A stretch of 64,000 bases of DNA, from the NCBI GenBank assembly GCA_964252075.1, contig CAXULY010000001.1, positions 337,237 to 401,236 on the forward strand, read 5' to 3'. A model generated the notes under the pieces. That model was not told where the DNA came from. It saw only the letters and a program-made list of their open reading frames with translations, and did not search any database. Made by a program: the position numbers and the translations under genes. The stretch comes from an uncultured Deinococcaceae bacterium (GTDB lineage: Bacteria > Deinococcota > Deinococci > Deinococcales > Deinococcaceae). Numbering within the stretch: the stretch's first letter is position 1; each line of letters opens with the position of its first letter. Below are positions 1-11,600 of the stretch, in pieces.

Positions 1-990
1 CGCGAGCGGCAGGTTCGAGCCGCTCGCGGGCGTGAATTGCAGGTGCAGGTCACCGCGCGCGCGCCACAGGAACGCCACGGCGGCGGGGTCCGTGAGGCCC
101 GCACCGGACCCGATCAGCACCTGCTGCTCGCGCGGTCCGTCCCGCACGCCCAGCAGGCCGCGGTACGCGCCGCCGCGCGGCGAGGCGGCCAGCACGCTGC
201 CCGCGCTGCCCGTGAGCCGCAGGTCGTACAGCACGCCGTAATTGCCTGCCAGCCTCTGGGCGGCGCCCGTGAGGGCGTCCGTGCCGGTCAGGACGGGGTC
301 GTCCTGACCGCCGAGCACCAGGCGCGCGGGCCGCTGCGTGACGTTCACGAGCAGGCTGCGGTTCGCGCCGGGGAAGGTGCCGCGCTGGTGCGTGCCGTCC
401 GGCGGCAGGACCGGCAGCGCTTCCGGCGCGCGGCCTGGCGCCACGTCCGCGCCGAGCAGCACCACGCTGACCTCGGTGGGGGCGCCCGCCGTGAAATCCA
501 GCATGGCGCTCACCACGGCGCCCGGCTGCACCGGGCCGGAATCGAACAGCACCGCCCGGGCGCCCGGCGCGACGGCGCGCTCCGGCTGGGGTCGCGACGC
601 GAAGTACCGCAGCAGGCTCTGCTGCCCCACCAGCGGGTCCGGTCCGCCCGTCACGCCGCCGCCGCGCCGCGTGACCGTGAGGGTCACGGGCGCGCCCCCC
701 GGGTTGCGCGCGATGACCTGCACGCGCGCCACGCCCGCCGTGCCGTTCGCGTGGTACGCCAGCACGCGCGCGGCGCCATTCACGGTGTCGCGGTACAGCA
801 CGCCGCTGCGCGCGGGCGTCTCCGGGGAGTCGGAGAACAGCAGCGTCACGGGCGGCGCGGGCCGCACCTGCATGTCCAGCTGCGGGTACGTCAGGATGTG
901 CGGGTCGCGCGGCAGCGCGGGCCCCACGAACTGCGCCGCGGCGCGCGCGCAGGCCAGCGCCAGCAGGGCCAGCAGGCGGCGCACGAGCAC
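1..990 (-). CDS. Secreted hypothetical protein, 3' end runs off the window
   Basis: Open minus-strand frame read by eye: MLVRRLLALLALACARAAAQFVGP...LLFSDSPETP...GVLYRDTV...GNYGVLY. Signal-peptide-like N-terminus. Starts 5 nt after the PAP2 stop. Not in the ORF track because there is no stop in the window. Confidence 0.75.
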   Translation of the reverse strand, partial: MLVRRLLALLALACARAAAQFVGPALPRDPHILTYPQLDMQVRPAPPVTLLFSDSPETPARSGVLYRDTVNGAARVLAYHANGTAGVARVQVIARNPGGAPVTLTVTRRGGGVTGGPDPLVGQQSLLRYFASRPQPERAVAPGARAVLFDSGPVQPGAVVSAMLDFTAGAPTEVSVVLLGADVAPGRAPEALPVLPPDGTHQRGTFPGANRSLLVNVTQRPARLVLGGQDDPVLTGTDALTGAAQRLAGNYGVLYDLRLTGSAGSVLAASPRGGAYRGLLGVRDGPREQQVLIGSGAGLTDPAAVAFLWRARGDLHLQFTPASGSNLPLA

Positions 991-995
991 CGGAT

Positions 996-1853
996 TCAGC
1001 GGAGCGTGACGGGCGCGGTGGGCGCCGCGGCGTCGGCGCGGTCGGCGGGCGTGAACCAGAAGCGCAGCAGGCGCGGCACCCACTCGGTCGCCATCAGGAC
1101 CGTCACCGCGTAGCGCACGCCCGTCACGAGGCCCCCGTGCCGCAGGGACTCCGGCAGCACCCGGAACACCAGGTACGTCGCGAACACCAGCACGAGCCCC
1201 ACGACCGCCACGCCAACGCGCGCGGGCCACGAGCGCGGCGCGCCGAACGCCCCGCGCGTGAACCAGAAGCCCGCCAGCAACCCCAGGCCCGGCGCGTAAT
1301 CCGGCAGGGGCGTCGCCACCGCGAGCGCCAGCAGCGGCACCAGCCACCAGCCCCACCCCAGCTGCGGGTAACGCAGGCGCAGCAGCAACGCCACCGCCGC
1401 TGCGCCCAGCAGCCAGCCCACCAGCACGTCCGACGGGAAGTGCACGCCCAGCACCAGGCGCGACACGCCCACCAGGAACGTCACGATGACCGCCACCCAC
1501 CAGAACCAGCGCCGCCCCACCTGCCACGCCGCGCCGCCCCACAGCGTCGCGATGATCTGCGCGTGCCCGCTCGGCAGGCCCGGCCCGCCCGCCGTCGCCT
1601 TCGCCGCGTCGGACGCCACCGCGGGGTCGCTGAAGAACGGGCGCGGCTCGTTCAGGCCGAGCTTCAGGACGGTGTTCAACAGGTAACTCACCGCGAAGGT
1701 GATGCCAAGCGCCCTGCCGCCCCGCGGGTTCACCAGCCAGTAGTACAGGGCGACCGTCACGATCAGCAGGTTGTCGGAACCCAGGCTGGTGATGCTGAGC
1801 CACAGGCGCTCCGGGCCGTCCAGCGCGGCATGCAAGGTATGAACGAGGTCCAT
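996..1853 (-). CDS. PAP2-family membrane phosphatase
   Basis: K...PRP, PSGH and SRLVLGVHFPSDV motifs; multiple TM segments. Confidence 0.9.
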   Translation of the reverse strand: MDLVHTLHAALDGPERLWLSITSLGSDNLLIVTVALYYWLVNPRGGRALGITFAVSYLLNTVLKLGLNEPRPFFSDPAVASDAAKATAGGPGLPSGHAQIIATLWGGAAWQVGRRWFWWVAVIVTFLVGVSRLVLGVHFPSDVLVGWLLGAAAVALLLRLRYPQLGWGWWLVPLLALAVATPLPDYAPGLGLLAGFWFTRGAFGAPRSWPARVGVAVVGLVLVFATYLVFRVLPESLRHGGLVTGVRYAVTVLMATEWVPRLLRFWFTPADRADAAAPTAPVTLR

Positions 1854-1936
1854 GACCCCTCCAGTGTAACCAAATGCACGCTCGCCCGACTGGCAGGTGC
1901 ACGGCGCGGTGCAGGCGGCGGCGCTACACTGACGGC

Positions 1937-3553
1937 ATGACGGTTTCCTCCTCGGTCGAGGGCGTGCTGCACGCGGGCCAGGCCCACCAGTCGCCGCTCG
2001 CCATCGAACTGCGCGGCATCACCAAGCGCTTCCCGCTGGTGCTCGCCAACGACGACATCAGCCTGCAGGTGCGGTGGGGCAGCGTGCACGCCCTCGTCGG
2101 CGAGAACGGCGCGGGCAAAAGCACCCTGATGAAGATCATCTACGGGATGCAGCCGCCCACCAGCGGCGAGATCATCGTAGACGGACGCCCCGTGACGCTG
2201 CGCGACCCGAAGGAAGCCATCGCGCTCGGGATTGGCATGGTGCACCAGCACTTCATGCTCGTGGAGCCCCTCACCGTCACGGACAACGTGATCCTCGGCG
2301 CGGAACCCGGCAGCGCCGCCCGCATCGATTACGGCCGCGCGCGGCGCCGCGTCGCGGAACTCATCAAGCAGTTCGGCTTCGACCTCGACCCGGACGCCAA
2401 GATCGAGGACCTCCCCGTGGGCCTCCAGCAGAAAGTGGAGATCCTCAAGACGCTGTACCGTGGCGCGCGCCTCCTGATCCTCGACGAACCCACCGCCGTC
2501 CTCACGCCCGGCGAGACCGAAGAGCTCTTCGACTTCCTCAAGAACCAGTACGCCAAGGCGGGCAACAGCGTGATCTTCATCTCGCACAAGCTGCACGAGG
2601 TGCTGGAGATCTCCGACACCATCAGCGTCATCCGCGACGGCCGCATGATCGGCACCATCCCCCGCGCGGGCGCCACCACCGAGACGCTCGCCCGCATGAT
2701 GGTGGGCCGCGACGTGGTGCTGCGCGTCCGCAAGACCGAGGCGAAACCCCAGGACGTCGCGCTCGACGTGCGCGACGTGTGCGTGCAGAACGAGCACCGC
2801 AAGAACGTCGTGGACCACGTGAGCTTCAACGTCCGCGCGGGTGAGATCGTCGGCATTGCGGGCGTGGAGGGCAACGGGCAGAGTGAACTCGTGGAGGCCA
2901 TCACGGGCCTCGCCGCCCTCCAGTCCGGTGAGATCCTGTACCAGGGCCAGCGCCTCGGCACCCGCAACGCCCGCACGGTGTCCGAAGCGGGCGTCTCGCA
3001 CATCCCCGAGGACCGCAACGAGCGCGGCCTCGTGCTGGAGATGAGCACCGCCGAGAACTTCATTCTGGGCGAGCAGGACCGCCAGCCCTTCGCGGGCACC
3101 CTCGGCCTCCTGAACCTCCCCGAAATCCAGCGGAACGCCGCGAAACTCGCGGAGGACTACGACGTGCGCCCCCGCTCAACCAGCCTCGAAGCGCGCCGCT
3201 ACTCCGGCGGGAACGCGCAGAAGATCGTCGTGGCGCGCGAGATGCGCAAGAACCCCAAGATCCTCGTGGCGAGCCAGCCCACGCGCGGCGTGGACATCGG
3301 CGCCATCGAGTTCATCCACAACCAGATCGTCGCGGCGCGCGACCAGGGCCTCGCGGTGCTCCTCGTGAGCGCCGACCTCGGCGAGGTCATGAACCTCGCG
3401 GACCGCATTCTCGTGATGTTCGAGGGCCGCGTGGTCGGCGAGGTGAACGCCAAGGACGCCACCGAAACGCAACTGGGCCTCATGATGGCGGGCGCAGGGC
3501 CAGGAGCGCACAGCAGCGCCCCGGACGGGGAGAAACCAAGTCAGGTGGAATGA
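1937..3553 (+). CDS. ABC transporter ATP-binding protein, dual-domain (nucleoside/sugar, NupA/YufO-like)
   Basis: [45 protein letters not shown] lies 6 nt before ATG 1937. Confidence 0.92.
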   Translation: MTVSSSVEGVLHAGQAHQSPLAIELRGITKRFPLVLANDDISLQVRWGSVHALVGENGAGKSTLMKIIYGMQPPTSGEIIVDGRPVTLRDPKEAIALGIGMVHQHFMLVEPLTVTDNVILGAEPGSAARIDYGRARRRVAELIKQFGFDLDPDAKIEDLPVGLQQKVEILKTLYRGARLLILDEPTAVLTPGETEELFDFLKNQYAKAGNSVIFISHKLHEVLEISDTISVIRDGRMIGTIPRAGATTETLARMMVGRDVVLRVRKTEAKPQDVALDVRDVCVQNEHRKNVVDHVSFNVRAGEIVGIAGVEGNGQSELVEAITGLAALQSGEILYQGQRLGTRNARTVSEAGVSHIPEDRNERGLVLEMSTAENFILGEQDRQPFAGTLGLLNLPEIQRNAAKLAEDYDVRPRSTSLEARRYSGGNAQKIVVAREMRKNPKILVASQPTRGVDIGAIEFIHNQIVAARDQGLAVLLVSADLGEVMNLADRILVMFEGRVVGEVNAKDATETQLGLMMAGAGPGAHSSAPDGEKPSQVE

Positions 3554-3556
3554 ATT

Positions 3557-3589
3557 GAGGGGGAGGCCACAGGCCTCCCCCTCCCTTTT
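3557..3589 (+). terminator. Intrinsic terminator
   Basis: GAGGGGGAGGCC-aca-GGCCTCCCCCTC followed by CCTTTT. Confidence 0.75.
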
Positions 3590-3637
3590 CCTGAGCGTTC
3601 CGTCACTGTGCGGGGGCTTCGACCCGAGCTCCTCACA

Positions 3638-4258
3638 TCAGGGGGCGTAGGTCCAGACAGTCGGCGCGCCTGCGGCGCTCGTGAGTGTACTGTTGGTCCC
3701 CGCGATCTGCACATGAACGACATTCCAGCCGGTCTTCAAGGTGAAGTTCAGGGTGGTGCTGAAGCTCCCGTTGCAGGACTGACTGCCACTGAACGACACT
3801 GGCCGGTCTGCGTACCACAGGGAGTCCACGTTCGCCTGATCTGCGCCAGAGTAAATCGCGCCAGCGTGGTTCCCAGCGATGATGACATTGATCGCGCGGA
3901 TGCTCGCGATGTTCGCGTTCAAATCACTGGCGGTCAACGTGCCGGTACAAATCGTTCCAGTGGGTGGGGTCAGTGAATCACCCGCGCGCATGAGGGCCGG
4001 CGCGATCTGGGTGGCTGTCGGCAGGGTCACGGTGACGGTGCCGTCAGGGGCGACGGACCCCGAGCCCACCTGGGCGCCGCCGCTCAGGTCCTCGGTCCGC
4101 AATTCCAGCGTGGCTTCGCCTTTGTTCCACCCAGTAACCTTGCCACTGAGGGTGGTGAGGCTGGAGGTGGAGTCGGGGGGAGTGCTGGTCTGGGTGCTGG
4201 TGCTTCCGCAGGCGGCGAGCAGCAGGGCGGCGGTGGAAAGCAGAATGGCGTTTTTCAC
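3638..4258 (-). CDS. Hypothetical lipoprotein
   Basis: MKNAILLSTAALLLAAC lipobox; beta-rich body ending LKTGWN...WTY. Confidence 0.8.
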   Translation of the reverse strand: MKNAILLSTAALLLAACGSTSTQTSTPPDSTSSLTTLSGKVTGWNKGEATLELRTEDLSGGAQVGSGSVAPDGTVTVTLPTATQIAPALMRAGDSLTPPTGTICTGTLTASDLNANIASIRAINVIIAGNHAGAIYSGADQANVDSLWYADRPVSFSGSQSCNGSFSTTLNFTLKTGWNVVHVQIAGTNSTLTSAAGAPTVWTYAP

Positions 4259-4321
4259 GACTTCCGTAATGTACCAGCGCACCGCTTCACGTTGAGCGTC
4301 ATTGTGGCGATAGTGGTGCGT

Positions 4322-5056
4322 ATGCGCCTTGTCATCTTCTCGGACGTTCATGGGAACCTGCCGGCCCTGGAAGCAATGCTGGGAGATGCGCGGCCCTTCA
4401 GCCCGGATGCCTTCCTGTGTTTGGGGGACGTGGCGGCGATGGGGGCGTGGCCGCGTGAGTCCCTGGATGCGGTGCGCTCGCTGGGTTGCCCGGTGGTGAT
4501 GGGGAACGCGGACGAGGACCTGCTCAGCCCGCGCGCCTTCACGCCGCGCGGCTTCCCGGACGAGCAGGAAATCCACGATCTGGACACCTGGGCGCGCGAA
4601 CAGCTGACTCCGGACGACCTGGCCTTCGTGCGGACTTTCCAGCCGACGGTGGAGCTGGATGTAGGTGGGGTGCGGCTGCTGGCGTTTCACGGGAGCCCGG
4701 CGGGGAACCGCGATGAGGTGGGGGCGGAAACCCCGGAGCAGCGCCTGGGGGACCTGCGGCGCGCGCATGGAGGGCAGGGGTGGTGGGTGGGGGGGCACAC
4801 GCACCGTCCGCTGCTGCGCACGCTGGATGGGTGGTCCCTGCTGAATCCCGGCGCGGTGGGTCTGGCGTTCGAGCAGCGCGGGGGGCGTTTCGTGAATGTG
4901 GCGCGCGCGGAGTACCTGCTGATGGACGTGGTGCGCGGTGCGGTGTCGCTGTCGTACCGGCGCGCGCCGTTCGATGTGCGCGCCGTGCAGGGCGCCATCC
5001 GCGCGCGTGGGTTGCCGCACGCGGAGTGGTGGGCGAACGAGTGGGTGGGGAGTTGA
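4322..5056 (+). CDS. Metallophosphoesterase family protein
   Basis: SDVHGN, LGD, GN, FHGSP, GHTH and NPG motifs. Confidence 0.9.
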   Translation: MRLVIFSDVHGNLPALEAMLGDARPFSPDAFLCLGDVAAMGAWPRESLDAVRSLGCPVVMGNADEDLLSPRAFTPRGFPDEQEIHDLDTWAREQLTPDDLAFVRTFQPTVELDVGGVRLLAFHGSPAGNRDEVGAETPEQRLGDLRRAHGGQGWWVGGHTHRPLLRTLDGWSLLNPGAVGLAFEQRGGRFVNVARAEYLLMDVVRGAVSLSYRRAPFDVRAVQGAIRARGLPHAEWWANEWVGS

Positions 5057-5093
5057 GTGCCGCAGCGGCCCGTCACGCTTCATAATGGCCCGC

Positions 5094-5804
5094 GTGAGCA
5101 TTCACCTGAACGCCCCAGAGGGCCAGATCGCCCCGACCGTCCTGCTGCCCGGCGACCCGTTGCGCGCGCAGCACATCGCGCAGACGTTCTTCGAGAACCC
5201 CGTGCAGCACAACTCCGTGCGCGGCATGCTGGGCTTCACGGGCACCTACAAGGGCAAGCCGGTGTCGGTGCAGGGCACGGGCATGGGCATTCCGAGCGTC
5301 TCCATCTACGCGACGGAACTCATGAAGGATTACGGCTGCACGACGCTGGTGCGCGTGGGCACGTGCGGGAGCTTCCAGGAGCGCGTGCGTGTGCGGGACG
5401 TGGTGCTGGCGCAGGCGAGCAGCACGGACAGCTCGCTGAACAAGATGCGCTTCTCCGGGCGGGATTTCGCGCCCGTGGCGGATTTCGGGCTGCTGATGCG
5501 GGCGTACCAGGCGGCGGTCGCGCACGGCCTCACGCCGCACGTGGGGAACGTGCTGTCAAGCGACAACTTCTACAACGACGACCCGGAGGAGTTCCGCATC
5601 TGGCCGCGTTTCGGGGTGCTGGCGGTGGAGATGGAGGCGGCGGGCCTGTACACCCTCGCGGCGAAGTACGGGGCGCGCGCCCTCACGGTCCTGACGGTCA
5701 GTGATCACCTCATCACGCACGAGGTGACGACGGCGGAGGAGCGGCAGACGACCTTCAACGCCATGATTGAGGTGGCGCTGGAAGCGGCCCTCGCGGACCA
5801 GTAA
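5094..5804 (+). CDS. deoD: Purine-nucleoside phosphorylase
   Basis: SIHLNA...[40 protein letters not shown] start chosen because CATAAT lies 7 nt upstream (alternative ATG 5085). Confidence 0.95.
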   Translation: MSIHLNAPEGQIAPTVLLPGDPLRAQHIAQTFFENPVQHNSVRGMLGFTGTYKGKPVSVQGTGMGIPSVSIYATELMKDYGCTTLVRVGTCGSFQERVRVRDVVLAQASSTDSSLNKMRFSGRDFAPVADFGLLMRAYQAAVAHGLTPHVGNVLSSDNFYNDDPEEFRIWPRFGVLAVEMEAAGLYTLAAKYGARALTVLTVSDHLITHEVTTAEERQTTFNAMIEVALEAALADQ

Positions 5805-5815
5805 GCGGAAGTGAG

Positions 5816-5848
5816 AGGGGCGGGGCCGAGATCGGCCCCGCCCCTTTT
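5816..5848. terminator. Terminator hairpin between convergent deoD and rsmB
   Basis: AGGGGCGGGGCCGA-ga-TCGGCCCCGCCCCT followed by TTT. Confidence 0.75.
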
Positions 5849-5856
5849 CACGGCGG

Positions 5857-7110
5857 TTACAGCTCCCGGCGCAGGCGCGCGATGAAGAAGCCGTCGAGGC
5901 CGCCCGTGGGGATGGTGCGGCGGCCCGGCCCGGCGGGAATGGCGACCACGTCGATTTCGGGGAGCGGCTCGGGGCGGAAGTCGCGGTGCGCCTTCAGGAA
6001 ATCCGCGAGCACGCCGGGCCCTTCGGCGTTCGTGACGCTGCACACGCTGTACACGAGGACGCCGCCTGGCATGGTGAGTTTCGCGGCGGTGTCCAGCATG
6101 CGGCGTTGCAGGGCGGCGAGGTCATCCACGCTGTCGGGTTGCAGGCGCAACTTGATTTCCGGGTGCGCGCGCAGGGTGCCCGTGCCGGTGCAGGGGGCGT
6201 CCAGCAACACCATCGGGGACGGGCGCAGGGTGGTGGGCTGGCTGAGGTCCGCTTCCACGAAGGTGGCGGTCAGCCCGAGGCGCGCGAGGTTCGCGCTGGC
6301 CGCGCGGTGCTTGCGCGCGTCGATGTCCACGCTCGTGACTTCCGCGCCGCGCGCGGCGAGCATGGCGGCCTTCACGCCGCCGCCGCCCGCGAGGTCCAGC
6401 ACGGGGGCGCCCTGCACCGGCCCGAGGGCCTGCACGCACGCGAAGCTGGCGGGGTTGATGGGTTGCGCGCGGCCTTCTCGGTACGCGGCCGTCTCGCGCA
6501 GTGGGCGCTCGAGGTTCACGCGATACACCTCGCCGTAGCCGCCGCGCACCTTGGTGCCTTCGGCTTCCAGTTCGCGCGCGCCTTCGCCGGTGAGCCACAG
6601 CCACAGGGGTTGCGGTTCGAGCTGGTCGAGCAGGACCGCTTCGGTGTCGCGTCCGTACGCGTCGCGGAACGTCTGGATGAGCCACTCCGGCATGGCGTAG
6701 GTGCTTTCCGGGGTCACTTCGGGCTTCTCGACGCGGCGCAGCACGGCGTTCACGAGGCCGGAGAGCCGCCCGAAGTCCTTGCGGGCGAGGGACACGTACT
6801 CGCTGACAGCCGCGTGCGGGGGCGTCCCGAGGATGAGTTTCTCGAAGGCGCCCGCGAGGAGCAGGGTGTGCACCCTGGGTGGCGTGTCGTCATTGATGAG
6901 TGGGCGCAGCGCGAGGTCGAGTGTGAGGTGGTGCCGCAGCGTGCCGTACACGATGTGCGTGGCGAGCCCGGCGTCGCGGGTGCTGAGGGCGCTGGCCGAG
7001 AGCGCCTCGTCGAGCAGCGGCGCCGCGAAGGCCTCGCCCGCGAGCACGCGGGCGAGCACACGGACCGCCAGGGCGCGGGCGGGGTTGAGGGTTGGCCGTG
7101 GAGCGCTCAC
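5857..7110 (-). CDS. rsmB: RsmB/Sun (NusB-like + NOL1/NOP2) RNA m5C methyltransferase
   Basis: N-terminal NusB-like domain (YGTLRH, LVNAVLR); [21 protein letters not shown]. Confidence 0.85.
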   Translation of the reverse strand: MSAPRPTLNPARALAVRVLARVLAGEAFAAPLLDEALSASALSTRDAGLATHIVYGTLRHHLTLDLALRPLINDDTPPRVHTLLLAGAFEKLILGTPPHAAVSEYVSLARKDFGRLSGLVNAVLRRVEKPEVTPESTYAMPEWLIQTFRDAYGRDTEAVLLDQLEPQPLWLWLTGEGARELEAEGTKVRGGYGEVYRVNLERPLRETAAYREGRAQPINPASFACVQALGPVQGAPVLDLAGGGGVKAAMLAARGAEVTSVDIDARKHRAASANLARLGLTATFVEADLSQPTTLRPSPMVLLDAPCTGTGTLRAHPEIKLRLQPDSVDDLAALQRRMLDTAAKLTMPGGVLVYSVCSVTNAEGPGVLADFLKAHRDFRPEPLPEIDVVAIPAGPGRRTIPTGGLDGFFIARLRREL

Positions 7111-7159
7111 GGCACCAGCATAGCGGGGCGCATGAAACGGGGGCGTGGGCGCGCGGTCA

Positions 7160-7837
7160 TCAGCGGCTGTTGCGGGCGAGGCCGATGAAGCTCAACAGCT
7201 GCGCGAGCGCGATGGCGAAGCCCGCGATGTACGTGAGGGCGGCGGCGGTCAGGACGCTGCGCGCGCCGGGCACCTCACCGGCCGTGAGGAGGCCGCGCCG
7301 TCCCAGGTAATCCAGGCCGCGGCGTGAGGCGTCGAATTCGACGGGGAGCGTGATGAGGTGGAAGAGCACCGCGAAGGCGAAGAAGATCACGCCGACCCAG
7401 ATGAGGCCGCTGAAGCGCAGCAGAAAGCCGCCCAGCACCAGCCACGGGCCGATGTTTATGCCGAGGTTGAGGGCGGGCAGCAGGCGCCCGCGCAGCGCCA
7501 GGACGGGCAGGTGCACCTTGTCCTGAACGGCGTGCCCGACTTCGTGCGCGGCGACGGCGGCGGCACTCACGCTGGGCAGGGCGTAGTTGTTCTCGGAGAG
7601 CCGCACGATTTTCTGGATGGGGTCGTAATGGTCGGTGAGGGCGCCGGGGATGACTTCCACGCGGACGTTCTGCAGGCCGTGGTCGTCCAGCATGAGGCGG
7701 GCGACCTGCGCGCCGGTCAGGTTGCGGCTGTTGCGCATCTGCCCGAAGCGGCCGTAGGTGTTGGAGAGGTACGCCTGCACGGCCATCGAGACCAGCAGCA
7801 AGATGAAGATCAACCAGGAGTAAGGGCCAAGAACCAT
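7160..7837 (-). CDS. Membrane zinc metallopeptidase (YugP-like)
   Basis: [37 protein letters not shown]. Confidence 0.9.
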   Translation of the reverse strand: MVLGPYSWLIFILLLVSMAVQAYLSNTYGRFGQMRNSRNLTGAQVARLMLDDHGLQNVRVEVIPGALTDHYDPIQKIVRLSENNYALPSVSAAAVAAHEVGHAVQDKVHLPVLALRGRLLPALNLGINIGPWLVLGGFLLRFSGLIWVGVIFFAFAVLFHLITLPVEFDASRRGLDYLGRRGLLTAGEVPGARSVLTAAALTYIAGFAIALAQLLSFIGLARNSR

Positions 7838-7959
7838 GGGTGGTATGCCTCCACCCTCATGTTAGCGAACCACACTCAAGTTTTATGAGCAATCGCTCCG
7901 GATGGTCACACGGGCAGCAGGGCCGCCCGAAGTGGGCGGCCCTGCCGTGGTGCTCGCGC

Positions 7960-8271
7960 TCAGGCGACGGGGATGGTGGCGGGCAGTTCGCCCAGCGGTG
8001 GCTCCGCAACGTGGAAGCCATGAATGGTGAAGCGCACGGCGGTGCGCTCCTCTTCCTCGAGGTCCAGCTTCACGAAGGCGGGCTGGGTGCTGAGGTCGAG
8101 GTGGTCGGGAAGGATGTACCCGCGCGCAATGGCGATCGCCTTGACCGCCTGGTTGACGGCGGCGGGGCCGATGGCCTGTACTTCCACTTCACCCTCGCTA
8201 CGGAGCAGTGCGGCAATGGCCCCCGCTACCGCGTTGGGCCGGGACTTCCCTGACACGCGCAATGTTTCCAC
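7960..8271 (-). CDS. spoVS: Stage V sporulation protein S family (Alba-like)
   Basis: METLRVSGKSRPNAVAGAIA...QAIGPAAVNQAVKAIAIARGY; GGAGGA SD upstream of GTG. Confidence 0.93.
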   Translation of the reverse strand: METLRVSGKSRPNAVAGAIAALLRSEGEVEVQAIGPAAVNQAVKAIAIARGYILPDHLDLSTQPAFVKLDLEEEERTAVRFTIHGFHVAEPPLGELPATIPVA

Positions 8272-8628
8272 GAGCTTCTCCTCCAGAGACGATGGACTGC
8301 CTGACTGGGTTAAGTGTATCTTCAGAATCCTCACGCAGTCAATGGTAAGAGTCCAGATGACGTTAAGGGCTCGTTAAAACCAGCGCCAGAATATGTGTTC
8401 TATTCCAGCTGGAAGCAGAAAGAGGTCTCTGTCCTTCCGAGTCTTTATGCGCTCGGCCCCATATTCATGCGTTCCACCCTTCCTTCATGTGCGGTATGGA
8501 CAGCGACCTGCACAGCAAAGTTGACTGTGTCTTAATCTATAGGAATACGCGAAGGTGTGCGGAGTACGCCAACTCCCCCACCTGTGCACCACGCTCACTT
8601 CCGCACGCTCAACCGCCAGGAGGCCGCC

Positions 8629-11600
8629 ATGACCCGTAGACCCCGTCCAACCGTGCTCCAAAGCCTGTACCGACAAGCCGAGCGCGCCCGGCTCGAACCT
8701 CAGTTCCCCGGCAACTTCGACGAGATCGGCCATGACGCCTGCGGCATCATCGCGCAGATCCGCAAGACCGGCGAGGCCAGCCACGGCAACGTGATCCGCA
8801 CCCTGCAGGCCCTCACGCAGATGGCGCACCGCAGCGGCGAGGTGCGCGGCGAGGGCGACGGCTGCGGCATTCAGACGGACGTGCCGAAGCTGCTCTGGAA
8901 ACGCTACCTCACCGAGGCCGGGCAGAACCCGGACCTCGTGGACACCGCGGACTTCTTCGTGGGGCACTTCTTCTACCCGCAGGGCCAGAACGTCCGCGAG
9001 CTGCAGGACAGCCTGCGCGTCCTCGGACCGCGCTTCGGCGTGCAGGTGCTCGTGGAGCGCCAGGGGCAGGTCTACTCGCGCGCGCTCGGCCCCATCGCGC
9101 GCCTCACCGAACCGCAGTTCGTGCAGGTGGCGGGCCGCGTGACGGGCGAGACGGCCAGGGAGCGCAACACCAAACTCTTCGAGCTGGGCCTGGAGCTGGA
9201 GGCCAGCCAGCCCGTGCACGTGGTGAGCCTCGCCACCTCCACCGTCGTGTACAAGGTGCGTGGCAGCGCCGAGATCCTGCCGCGCTACTACCCGGAACTG
9301 AACCTGCCGGACTACATGAGCGTGTGCACCATCGGGCACAACCGCTACTCCACCAACACCCTCAGCACCTTCGAGCAGGTGCAGCCGTTCACCATGCTGG
9401 CGCACAACGGCGAGATCAACACCATCGAGCGCCTGCGCCGGGAGGGCACGCACCTGAACATCCCCCTCACGGGCGGCAGCGACAGCCAGGACCTGAACCG
9501 CGTGATGGCTGGGTACATCTTCGACCGCGGCCTCAGCCTGCTGGAGGCGGTGGAGAGCGTGTTCCCGCCCGTCGTGAGTGAGGTCAAGGCGTTTTCCAGC
9601 ACCCTGCAGAACGCCTACGTGGGCCTGCGCGCGGGCGGCGGGCCGCTCGCTCAGGGTCCCGCCGCGATCATCGCCCGGCAGGGCAACGAGTGCGTCTTTT
9701 CCGTGGACGCGCTGGGCCTGCGCCCCCTGTGGTTCGGGGAGACGGAGAAGGAGTTCTTCTGGTCCAGCGAGCGCGGCGTGATTCCGCTCGGGCAGATGGT
9801 GCGCGACCCCGCGCCCTTCGCGCCCGGCGAGAAGATGGTGGCGTGCCTGGGCGGCGGCGGCCCCATCAAGCTGCACTACAACGAGAACGTGCAGCGCCTC
9901 GTGCTGGAGCGCGTGCACGGCAAGGGCTACAACTTCGAGGAGGCCTGGAAGCGCATTGAGGGGCCGCACGTGCCCGCCCTGAACGGCGAGGGCGCGCCGG
10001 CATTCAGCAAGGCCGCCCGTGCCGCCTTCGGCTGGGACCGCTGGGACGAGGAGTACATCAAGGCCGTCGCGGAGAAGGGCGCCGAGCCCATCGCGTCTCT
10101 CGGCTTCGATGGCCCCATGGCGGCCCTGCGCCCCGAGAAGCCGAACCTCGCGGAGTTCTTCAAGGAGACCGTCGCGGTCGTCACGAACCCCGCCATTGAC
10201 CGCGAGCGCGAGATCGAGCACTTCTCCACCCGCGTGATCCTGGGGCGCCGCCCCCTGCCGGGCAGCAGCGACGGGCACAGCGTGGAACTGCTCACGCCGC
10301 TCCTCGCGGTGAGCCAGGCGGTCGCGGAGGAGTACAAGACCCTCACCGTGGCGAGCCTGAAGGCGGAATTCCAGGTGGCGGAGCTGGTGCCGAGCCTGAA
10401 GCCCGGCGAATCCGTGCTGGCCGCCCTCGCGCGCCTGAAGGCGGACGCTGCGCAGGCGGTGCTGGAGGGCGCCGAGGTGCTGCTGCTGGACGACACCGCG
10501 CTGTACGCGAACGGCGAGGCGGCGCTCGACATCCTGCTCGCGATGGGCGGCCTGAACCGGCACCTGACCGAGACGCGCCGCGAGTCGGACAGCGTGTCCC
10601 TGCGCCGCCTGACCAGCGTGGTGGTGCGCAGCGCACAGGTGCGCAACCTGCACGATCTGATGCTGCTGGTCGGCTTCGGCGCGGACGCCCTGGAGCCCGC
10701 CGCCGCCTTCGCGCTGCACCCCGCCGCGGAAGCGAAGATCGTCTCGGGCCTCACGAAGGGCGTCGAGAAGGTCATGAGCACCATGGGCATCCACGAGCTG
10801 CGCGGTTACGGGCAGGTGTTCAGCGCCCTGGGGCTCGCGCAGGACCTGCTGGACGAGGTGGGCGCGCGCGGCTTCTGGGGCGAGGCGCAGGGCTACGGCC
10901 TCGCGGGCCTGGAAAAGACTTTAAAGGCCCGCCTGGAGAAGTGCGCTGCGAACGGCGAGGCCATGGACCGCGACCAGCGCTTCAACCCGCGCGTGTTCAA
11001 GGCCGCCTTCAGTCTTGCGAACGGCGAAATCTCCGGCGAGGACTACAGCGCCCGCATCCGCGCGCTGGAGCAGGAGATGCCGCTCTCCGCGCGGCAACTG
11101 CTGGAGTTCCGGGCGCCCGAGGCGCCGAGCAGCGTAGACCCTGAGGACGTGGACATCGCCGTGAACGGGCACTCGCTGCCCTTCGTGATCTCCGCGATGA
11201 GCTTCGGGTCGCAGGGCGAGACGGCCTTCCGCAGTTACGTGGAGGCCGCAAAGAAGCTGAACATCATGGCGATGAACGGCGAGGGCGGCGAGATTCCCGC
11301 CATGATGGGGCACTACACGCACTGGCGCGGGCAGCAGGTGGCGTCCGGGCGCTTCGGCGTGAGCAGCGTGATGCTGAACAGCGCGCACGTCATCGAGATC
11401 AAGGTGGGTCAGGGCGCGAAGCCCGGCGAGGGCGGGCACCTGCCCGGCAAGAAGGTCAGCGCGAAGGTCGCGGCGGCCCGCCACGCCGTGCAGGGCGTGG
11501 ACCTGATCTCTCCCAGCAACAACCACGACGTATACAGCATCGAGGACCTCGCGCAGCTCATCGAGGAACTCAAGACCATCGCCCCGCAGGCGAAGATCGC